A stretch of 64,000 nt of DNA, from contig CAWDFY010000002.1 in assembly GCA_963801745.1 (NCBI GenBank), positions 108,885 through 172,884 on the forward strand, in the 5' to 3' direction. This document shows positions 11,228 to 18,127 of this stretch, piece by piece (position 1 is the stretch's first letter; every line of letters begins with the position of its first letter). The notes under the pieces are model-generated. The model did no database searches. It was not told the DNA's origin and saw only the letters and a list, made by a program, of their open reading frames with translations. Made by a program: the position numbers and the translations under genes. Source of the DNA: an uncultured Chloroflexia bacterium (GTDB taxonomy: Bacteria > Chloroflexota > Limnocylindria > Limnocylindrales > CSP1-4).

Positions 11228-12628
11228 CTAGCTCTCGCTTTCTGGATCGCGCGCGGCGACGGTCAGCTCGCCGGGAGCCTCGTCGGTGACGCGGGCACTG
11301 AAGCCGGATAGCGACGCGATGCCGTCGCCGAGCGCCAGACCGGTGTCGTGCGTGACGGCGAAGACGAACTCGCCATCGGGGCCGGACGACACGCCGACCG
11401 ATCGCACCCCGGCGACGCGCGCCAGGTTGCGCTTGAAGCCGGCGATGCTGGCGACGCTGACGAGGCCGGTCACGACCACGCGGGTCGTGGCGCTGTCGGT
11501 GGGCGCCTGGTCGTCGGCCACGAGACCGGCGAGGCGGGCCGCCAGGGCGTCCTCGGCGATGGTCGGGATCTCGTCGTCGGCGCCGGAGGCCTCGGCCGGG
11601 TAGGCGGCGGCTTCGGCTTCCGCGGCGGCGAAGTCGTGCTCGATGCCGATCGCGGTCAGGCGCGGGTCGGCGTCGGGCGCGGTCTCGGACTCGGGGGCGT
11701 CGGCGGTGATGCCGAAGAGGTCGCCATTGTCCGTGGTCGCCTCGACGGAGCCGGTCTCGGCGCTGGCGTCGACGGGCTGCTCCTCGGCGACGGGCGTCTC
11801 GACGGCCTCGGCGGGCTCGGGCGACTCGGCGGTCTCGCCGACGACCGGCCCGGGCACCTCGACCTCGGCCACCGGGGCCTGGTCAGCTTCGGCGGTCTCG
11901 GGGCCGGTGATCGACGCCCACGCCTCGTCGGCGTCGAAGGGCGGCGGCTCGGGCAGGGTCTCGGCCATCGAGGCGAAGCGGGTCGGGTCGTCCTCGGACA
12001 GCAGCCGCTCGAAGAAGGCGGCCATCTCGGTCTCGAACGTGGCGACGCGGCTCTGGACGCGCTCGATGCGCCCCTCGATCTCGGCGGCGTGCGTCTCGAT
12101 CTCGCGCTCGAGGCGCTCCTTGCGGTCGGTGACGCGCTCGTCGGTCTCCTCGCGGATGCGCGCGATCTCGGCCTTCGACCACTCGCGGACACCGGCGATG
12201 TCGTCGTCGGCGCGCTTGCGCAGCTCGGTCGCCTCGTCGGCGCTGGTGGCGTGGATGCCCTCGATATGCGCCTTGGCGTCGGTGGCGAAGCGCTCGAGCG
12301 TGTCCGCCCGTGCCGACTCGGCGGCCGCCTGCATGGCCCGGGTGAGGTCGGCCATGAACTTGTTGGCCTTGCGCTCGGGGGCGGGCGTCGGGGCGCTGGT
12401 GGCCTCCGGCGTCGTGACCGGCTCGGTCGCGGCAGGCTCAGCCTGGGCGGCCTCCCCTGAGGTGGTCGGGGGGGTGTCGATCATCGTCGGCGTCTCGCTC
12501 TCGCTCTGCTGCTGGGCAGGATCCATGGCGGTCGGCTCGTCTCCAGTGACTGCGGACTGATCCTCGGACTCGTTTCGGTCCGCACTCCAGGGGAGTCGGA
12601 AGCCGCTTTTCGCGTCGGTCGATGCCAT
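11228..12628 (-). CDS. Hypothetical coiled-coil and acidic low-complexity protein with a small C-terminal alpha/beta domain
   Basis: Long E/R/A helical stretch (ARADTLERF...MAAFFERLL), Glu/Ala/Pro-rich linker, C-terminal TRVVVTGLVSVASIAGFKRNLARVAGV; stop lies 5 nt before the ATPase start; start may be 12643. Confidence 0.75.
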   Translation of the reverse strand: MASTDAKSGFRLPWSADRNESEDQSAVTGDEPTAMDPAQQQSESETPTMIDTPPTTSGEAAQAEPAATEPVTTPEATSAPTPAPERKANKFMADLTRAMQAAAESARADTLERFATDAKAHIEGIHATSADEATELRKRADDDIAGVREWSKAEIARIREETDERVTDRKERLEREIETHAAEIEGRIERVQSRVATFETEMAAFFERLLSEDDPTRFASMAETLPEPPPFDADEAWASITGPETAEADQAPVAEVEVPGPVVGETAESPEPAEAVETPVAEEQPVDASAETGSVEATTDNGDLFGITADAPESETAPDADPRLTAIGIEHDFAAAEAEAAAYPAEASGADDEIPTIAEDALAARLAGLVADDQAPTDSATTRVVVTGLVSVASIAGFKRNLARVAGVRSVGVSSGPDGEFVFAVTHDTGLALGDGIASLSGFSARVTDEAPGELTVAARDPESES

Positions 12629-12796
12629 GCGATGGATCCTCATCGGAAGATGTGCGTTATCGGGGCGTGGTCGGCATCGTGCCAGCAGGGTTCGGTGAGG
12701 TGGAGTCCGCTAGTGGTACCAGCGGTGTACGCCGGTCGTACCGCCGGATGCCCCTGACCTACGCCGTTGTGCTGGTGCAACGCTGTTCATCGTAGG

Positions 12797-13846
12797 ATGC
12801 AGGTCCCCATGGATGCCATCCCGATCCCGGCGCCGCTCGATCGACTCGGTCGGCCCCTGCACGACCTGCGCATCTCGGTCACCGACCGGTGCAACTTCCG
12901 ATGTACGTACTGCATGCCGAAGGAGATCTTCGGCCGCGACTTCGAGTTCCTCCCGAAGGACCAGGTGCTGTCACTCGAGGAGATCCATCGGGCCGCGCGG
13001 GCGTTCGTCGCGCTGGGCGTCGAGAAGCTGCGCATCACCGGCGGCGAGCCGCTCGTGCGGCGCGGCCTGCCGGACCTGGTCCGCATGCTTGCGACGCTGC
13101 AGACCTCGGACGGCCGTCCGCTCGACCTGACGCTCACGACGAACGGAGCCGCGCTGCGCGCGCTGGCCCGCCCGCTGGCAGACGCCGGGTTGCGACGCGT
13201 GTCGGTCAGCCTGGACTCGCTCGACGACGAGGTCTTCGGCGCCATGAACGGCGTGGACTTCCCGGTCGCCCGGGTGCTCGACGGGGTCGACGCGGCGTTG
13301 GAGGCCGGGCTCGGCCCGGTGAAGATCAACATGGTCGTTCGCCGCGGCGTCAACGAGGACTCCGTCGTGCCGATGGCCCGCTGGGCGCGCGAGACCGGCG
13401 TGACGCTGCGGTTCATCGAATACATGGATGTCGGCCATTCGAACGGCTGGCGCCTCGACGAGGTCGTGCCCGCTGCCGATCTGATCGACCTCGTGACCGC
13501 GGCCTGGCCGGCCGTGCCGGTCGATGCCGGCTACCGCGGCGAGGTGGCCGACCGATGGCGCTACGTCGACGGTGCCGGGGAGTTCGGTGTCATCTCGTCG
13601 GTGACCCGGCCGTTCTGCCGCGACTGCACGCGCGCCCGGCTGTCGGCCGACGGCCAGCTGTACACGTGCCTGTTCGCGGTGGCCGGTCGGGACGTCCGCG
13701 CCGTGCTCCGAGACGGCTCCACGGACGAGCAGCTGGTGGCGTTCCTGGCCGAGGTGTGGCGCGACCGTGACGACCGATACTCGGAGCTGCGCGCCCTGTC
13801 GACGAGCGACCTGCCCAAGATCGAGATGTTCGCGATGGGCGGCTGA
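12797..13846 (+). CDS. moaA: GTP 3',8-cyclase (Moco biosynthesis)
   Basis: LRISVTDRCNFRCTYCMP radical-SAM motif, FCRDCTRARL..G.LYTCLF, C-terminal MFAMGG; exact start uncertain. Confidence 0.96.
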   Translation: MQVPMDAIPIPAPLDRLGRPLHDLRISVTDRCNFRCTYCMPKEIFGRDFEFLPKDQVLSLEEIHRAARAFVALGVEKLRITGGEPLVRRGLPDLVRMLATLQTSDGRPLDLTLTTNGAALRALARPLADAGLRRVSVSLDSLDDEVFGAMNGVDFPVARVLDGVDAALEAGLGPVKINMVVRRGVNEDSVVPMARWARETGVTLRFIEYMDVGHSNGWRLDEVVPAADLIDLVTAAWPAVPVDAGYRGEVADRWRYVDGAGEFGVISSVTRPFCRDCTRARLSADGQLYTCLFAVAGRDVRAVLRDGSTDEQLVAFLAEVWRDRDDRYSELRALSTSDLPKIEMFAMGG

Positions 13847-13853
13847 GCACCGC

Positions 13854-13940
13854 TCGTCCACAGAGTTATCCACACGCCGACCACACGTCCGACATTCCCG
13901 TGGACGGCCGTCGGAAGATCGATTCCATGTTCGTGGATAA
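13854..13940. promoter_or_regulatory. Cluster of DnaA boxes
   Basis: Perfect TTATCCACA at 13866-13874, TCGTCCACA at 13854-13862 (3 nt upstream), and reverse-strand TTATCCACG at 13932-13940. Confidence 0.65.
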
Positions 13941-13945
13941 GCGCG

Positions 13946-13975
13946 TTGACCGTGGCCGGAGCCGGCCGATACCGT
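13946..13975 (+). promoter_or_regulatory. Putative sigma70-type promoter
   Basis: TTGACC, 18-nt spacer, TACCGT; predicts +1 near 13981, the start of the long hairpin. Confidence 0.5.
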
Positions 13976-13977
13976 AG

Positions 13978-14166
13978 GTCGTGCCCGAAGGGGCCGACAG
14001 GATCGCAGGAACCGAGATCACATCAAGGACCTTCGTTCCGCCGCCGGTCGCTTCGGGCGCTTCGTTGCCCGCGGTCGCCGGTCGTCTCACCACGACCGGA
14101 TCCCAGGGATTGCGCCCGGCGGGACGTGATCGGCATCCCGGTGTCGGTACTTCCGTCGGGCGCGAC
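13978..14166 (+). ncRNA. Structured rod-like RNA of ~190 nt (6S RNA-like, or an unknown leader of punA)
   Basis: Nested pairings 13978-13988/14156-14166, 13994-13999/14142-14147, 14016-14021/14126-14131, 14035-14043/14117-14125, and apical hairpin 14078-14085/14092-14099; G-U pairs favour the + strand. Confidence 0.45.
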
Positions 14167-14235
14167 GAAGCCCCCGCTCCTCCCACCCGACGCCCACCTC
14201 GTCCTGTCATGCTGGACGCCCGCCCGGAGGCTCGC

Positions 14236-15108
14236 ATGTCGGACGTCCTGACCGTCGATCCCACCCGGCCGATCCCGCCGGTCGTCCAGCCCGAGCGGAT
14301 CGCCGCCCTCGTTGCGGCGGTGCGCGACCGGACGGCCATCGTCCCCGAGGTCGGCATCGTGCTCGGCTCCGGGCTCGGCGGCTTGGCCGACGACCTGCAG
14401 GACGCCGTCTCGATCCCGTTCGACGCGTTGCCTGGGTGGCCGGCGGCGACCGCTCCCGGCCACGTCGGGCGGCTCCTGCTGGGGTCGCTTGGCGGCCGGT
14501 CGGTGGTCATGCTCCAGGGCCGCTTCCACCTGTACGAGGGGAACGACCCGGGCCTCGTGGTGCAGCCGGTCCTGCTGTTCCGCGCGCTTGGCGCCCGCGT
14601 GGTGGTGCTGACCAACGCGGCCGGCGGTCTGGACCCGTCGTTCGGACCGGGCACGCTGATGATCATGCGCGACCACATCAACCTGACCGGCCGCTCGCCG
14701 CTCATCGGGCCGAACGCCGACGCGCTCGGACCGCGCTTCCCCGACATGACCGAGGCGTGGAGCCCGCGACTGCGCGCCCGCCTCCATGCCGCCGCGACCG
14801 CCGAGGACATCGAGATGGCCGAGGGCGTCTACGTGGGCCTCACCGGACCGACGTACGAGACCCCCGCCGAGGTGCGGATGCTCGCCGCCCTCGGTGGCGA
14901 CGCCGTGGGGATGTCGACCGTTCTTGAGTGCATCGCCGCGCGCTGGGTCGGGCTCGAGGTGTGTGGCGTGTCGCTGGTCACCAATGCCGGGGCCGGGTAC
15001 ACCGGTCAGCCGCTGACCCACGAGGAGGTCCTCGAGGCGGGCGCGGTCGCCGGCCCACGGCTCGCCGGCGTGCTGCGTCGCTTCGTGGCCGATCTCGGCG
15101 ACGACTGA
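14236..15108 (+). CDS. punA: Purine nucleoside phosphorylase (trimeric PunA/XapA type)
   Basis: GIVLGSGLG, GRFHLYEG, TNAAGG, GPTYETPAE, GMSTVLE, LTHEEV; GGAGG RBS before ATG 14236. Confidence 0.92.
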   Translation: MSDVLTVDPTRPIPPVVQPERIAALVAAVRDRTAIVPEVGIVLGSGLGGLADDLQDAVSIPFDALPGWPAATAPGHVGRLLLGSLGGRSVVMLQGRFHLYEGNDPGLVVQPVLLFRALGARVVVLTNAAGGLDPSFGPGTLMIMRDHINLTGRSPLIGPNADALGPRFPDMTEAWSPRLRARLHAAATAEDIEMAEGVYVGLTGPTYETPAEVRMLAALGGDAVGMSTVLECIAARWVGLEVCGVSLVTNAGAGYTGQPLTHEEVLEAGAVAGPRLAGVLRRFVADLGDD

Positions 15109-15121
15109 CAGGGTCCCGACG

Positions 15122-15643
15122 GTGACCGAGATCCGCCTGGTCCAGGGCGACATCACGACCGTCGAGGCGTGCGCGATCGTCAACGCCGCGAACAGCGCCC
15201 TCGTCGGTGGCGGCGGGGTCGACGGCGCGATCCACCGGATGGGCGGCCCGGCGATCATGGCCGACCTCGAAGGGCGGTACGGGCCTGCGCGCCACTGCCC
15301 GACCGGCGGCGCCGTGGTCAGCGTCGCCGGGCGCCTGCCGGCATCGGTCGTGATCCACGCCGTCGGGCCAGTGTGGCGTGGCGGTGCCTCCGGCGAGCGG
15401 GAGCAGCTGGCGAGCGCGTACCGGACCGCACTGGACCTGGCGGCGCGCGAGGGGTGTCGGTCCGTCGCGTTGCCGTCGATCTCGACCGGGGTCTACGCCT
15501 ACCCCGTCGATGCCGCGGCGGCGATCGCGTTGGCCACCGTCGACGCGTGGATCGAGGCCCACCCGGATGCCCTCGACACGGTCACGTTCGTGCTGTTCTC
15601 CGCCGACACGCTCGACGCGTTCGAGCGCGCGCTGGCGGCATGA
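15122..15643 (+). CDS. Macro-domain O-acetyl-ADP-ribose deacetylase (YmdB-like)
   Basis: GDITT...AIVNAANSALVGGGGVDGAIH, VIHAVGPVW, PSISTGVYAYP. Confidence 0.92.
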   Translation: MTEIRLVQGDITTVEACAIVNAANSALVGGGGVDGAIHRMGGPAIMADLEGRYGPARHCPTGGAVVSVAGRLPASVVIHAVGPVWRGGASGEREQLASAYRTALDLAAREGCRSVALPSISTGVYAYPVDAAAAIALATVDAWIEAHPDALDTVTFVLFSADTLDAFERALAA

Positions 15644-16749
15644 CGGGCGCGAGCGCAGCGCCGCGTGTCCTCGACCGGCGGAGCCTCAACCGGACGCTGC
15701 TCGGGCGCCAGCTGCTGCTCGAGCGGGAGCGACGCTCGCCGAGCGAGGTCGTCGAGTACCTCGTCGGGCTGCAGGCCCAGGAGCCGCCCGACCCGTACGT
15801 CGCTCTCTGGACGCGCATCGACGGCTTCGACCCGGCGGAGCTAAGCGGCCTGATCGAGGAGCGGCGGGCGGTCCGGATGGGCCTGCTGCGCGGGACGCTC
15901 CACCTGGTGACGGCGGACGACGCGCTCGTCCAGTACCCGATCCTCGCCGACGTCATGCGCCGGTCGTGGCGCAGCAGCCCGTTCATCAAGCAGCTCGACG
16001 GCGTCGACGTCGAGGCGGTGATCGCGACCGCCCGGCCGATCCTCGAGGAGCGGCCGCGCACGCCGACCGAGCTCGGCGCGGCGCTCGCCCCGGACTGGCC
16101 GGACCGCGACCCGGCGTCGCTCGCCTACGCGGCCCGCTTCCTGCTGCCGCTGGTCCAGGTGCCGCCGCGTGGGTTGTGGGGCCGGACCGGACGGGCGACC
16201 AACACGACGCTCGAGGCGTGGGTCGGACGGCCGCTGGAGCCGAGCCCGAGCGTCGACGACCTGGTGCTGCGTTACCTCGCGGCGTTCGGACCGGCGACCG
16301 TCAGCGACATGCGCGTCTGGTCGTGGCTGACCGGGCTGCGCGAGGTGGTCGACCGTCTCCGGCCGCGGCTCCGCACGTTCCGCGACGAGGCCGGCCGGGA
16401 GCTGCTGGACGTCCCGGACGGGCTGATCGTCGAGGGCGACCGGCCGGTCCCGATCCGGTTCATGCCGCAGTACGACAACGCGTTCCTGTCCCATGAGGAC
16501 CGCAGCCGGATCGCCGGCGACCGGGTGAACATCGAGATGCTCGCCTGGAAGGGGGCGATCCTCGTCGACGGGTTCATCGACGCGGCGTGGCGGCTGCGGC
16601 GCGAGAAGCGCGTCGCCACGATGACGATCAGCTTCTTCGGTTCGGTGTCGGCCGCGCAGCGCCGGGAGATCGAGGCGGAGGGGGAGCGGCTGCTCGCGTT
16701 CCTCGCGCGCGACGCCGCGACGCGGGAGCTGCGATTCGCGGAGGGGTAG
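15640..16749 (+). CDS. HTH_42 / AlkZ-like DNA glycosylase
   Basis: LNRTLLGRQLLL, GLQAQ (QxQ motif), RGTLHLV, YLAAFGPAT, MPQYDN; ATGA overlap with the macro gene. Confidence 0.85.
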   Translation: MTGASAAPRVLDRRSLNRTLLGRQLLLERERRSPSEVVEYLVGLQAQEPPDPYVALWTRIDGFDPAELSGLIEERRAVRMGLLRGTLHLVTADDALVQYPILADVMRRSWRSSPFIKQLDGVDVEAVIATARPILEERPRTPTELGAALAPDWPDRDPASLAYAARFLLPLVQVPPRGLWGRTGRATNTTLEAWVGRPLEPSPSVDDLVLRYLAAFGPATVSDMRVWSWLTGLREVVDRLRPRLRTFRDEAGRELLDVPDGLIVEGDRPVPIRFMPQYDNAFLSHEDRSRIAGDRVNIEMLAWKGAILVDGFIDAAWRLRREKRVATMTISFFGSVSAAQRREIEAEGERLLAFLARDAATRELRFAEG

Positions 16750-16766
16750 GCGGCGCGGGTCGCGTT

Positions 16767-16983
16767 CGCGGGTGGCGATCGCTGCGAGCGATCGTTTTCC
16801 GCGCCAGCCGCGCGCCTTCGCGTCCTCGGGCCCGGATCGATGGCTGCGAGCGATCGTTCGGCGGGCAAGGCGGTGGCGGTCGGCCCGTTGGCTCGAAAAC
16901 GATCGCCGAGAGTGATCGTTTCGCTCGTCAACCGCGCGCCGTCAGGCCCTCAGCCCGAAAACGATCGCTGGGAGCGATCGCCC
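16767..16983. repeat. Four degenerate palindromic repeats with an exact 62-bp period (REP/BIME-like)
   Basis: Core (AAAA)CGATCGCT-GNG-AGCGATCG(TTTT) centred at 16785, 16847, 16909 and 16971, in the convergent gap between alkZ and thyX. Confidence 0.8.
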
Positions 16984-17017
16984 ATCCACGGGGAGCCGCA
17001 ACGGGCCGCGCCGCCCC

Positions 17018-17878
17018 TCAGGCCTGCGGCAGCTCCCGTCCCGCGGCCTTCGCGGCCGCGGCCTTCTCCGCCCACGCGCCCAGGACGTTGTCCTTGTGCG
17101 GCCGGATCGGGCAGTGCTCGTCGCGGTTCCCGAATTCGTCGCAGTAGCCGAGTGGCACGCACTTCGGTGCGAGGAACGAGCCCAGGAACGGCGAGACCGT
17201 GAAGATCTGCTGGCGGATGAGCTGGAACAGCCGGCGGATCTCCCACTGCGCCATCGTGCACAGCCGCAGCCCCGACATGTGGATGAGCGCCCGCAGGTTG
17301 GCCGTCATCACGAGGTTGGTCCGGGTCGCGTTCGGGAACACGAACCGGGCATCCTCGCCAGGCAGGCCCGCCTCGAGCATCTCCCCGTACAGGTCGAGCG
17401 CGCTCCCCACCTGCGACTCGTAGCGCTCGCGCAGCTCCGCGTCGCCCTCGGCGATCGAGTGCGGGAGCATCGTCGCGGCGCCCTTGAACTTCACGTAGCG
17501 CTGGCTCTGCTGGTCGAACGCCACGCCGGCCCGATGGCGCACCAGCTGGTGCGACAGCGTCCGTGACACGCCGGTGATGCCGAACGTGAACACGATGTGC
17601 TCGATGGTCGATCCGTGCCCCGACTCGATGACCGACGCGATGAGCTTCTGCATCTTCGCCGGGTCGAACTCGCCGTCGACCGACTTGCGGAAGATCTCCT
17701 CCGGCGGCATCTCCGAGTAGCACGTCCGACAGGCCGTGTAGATGATCGGCACGTAGAACTGCTCGACGATCTCGCGATTCGGAAAGAGCAGCGTGGCCGT
17801 CATCCCGAGCTCTCGTCGGCCGGGGTTCTTGGGGATCCCGGTCTTCGGACGGGGCGCGGGGATCGGCTCGGCGGTCAT
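17018..17878 (-). CDS. thyX: FAD-dependent thymidylate synthase
   Basis: GHGSTIEH, SRTLSHQLVRHR...QQSQRY, EDARFVFPNA, NLRAL, AQWEIR; start could be further downstream. Confidence 0.93.
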   Translation of the reverse strand: MTAEPIPAPRPKTGIPKNPGRRELGMTATLLFPNREIVEQFYVPIIYTACRTCYSEMPPEEIFRKSVDGEFDPAKMQKLIASVIESGHGSTIEHIVFTFGITGVSRTLSHQLVRHRAGVAFDQQSQRYVKFKGAATMLPHSIAEGDAELRERYESQVGSALDLYGEMLEAGLPGEDARFVFPNATRTNLVMTANLRALIHMSGLRLCTMAQWEIRRLFQLIRQQIFTVSPFLGSFLAPKCVPLGYCDEFGNRDEHCPIRPHKDNVLGAWAEKAAAAKAAGRELPQA

Positions 17879-17929
17879 CGACCGCCAGTCTAGCCGAACC
17901 GACCGTCCAGGCCGGTCAGCTGCAGCCGG

Positions 17930-18127
17930 TCAGTAGTAGTCCGAGCAGGACAGGAAATACCCGCACCGGCAGATGAGCTTGCACTTGCGCTCGTCCATCG
18001 CGGCCCCGCAGTTCGCGCAGGTCAGCATGAGCGCGCCGGGGTCGGGCGCCTGGTCGAGGTCGTCGTCGAGCAGCGCCAGCGGCACCACGGGCGTGGCCGC
18101 GGCCGGCTCCCGGAACGGTTCGTTCAT
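17930..18127 (-). CDS. Small Cys-rich zinc-ribbon protein (65 aa)
   Basis: CANCG...CKLICRCGYFLSCSDYY; ATGA overlap with the cyclase stop. Confidence 0.7.
   Translation of the reverse strand: MNEPFREPAAATPVVPLALLDDDLDQAPDPGALMLTCANCGAAMDERKCKLICRCGYFLSCSDYY

Noticed and set aside
12644-12800. Moco riboswitch upstream of moaA
   Set aside because: The region is short and I could not recognise the Moco RNA consensus
13850-13945. Chromosomal origin (oriC)
   Set aside because: Only about three good DnaA boxes, no AT-rich unwinding element and no origin-associated genes nearby
16767-16983. CRISPR mini-array
   Set aside because: The repeats are degenerate, the linkers resemble each other, and there is no AT-rich leader or cas gene in the window
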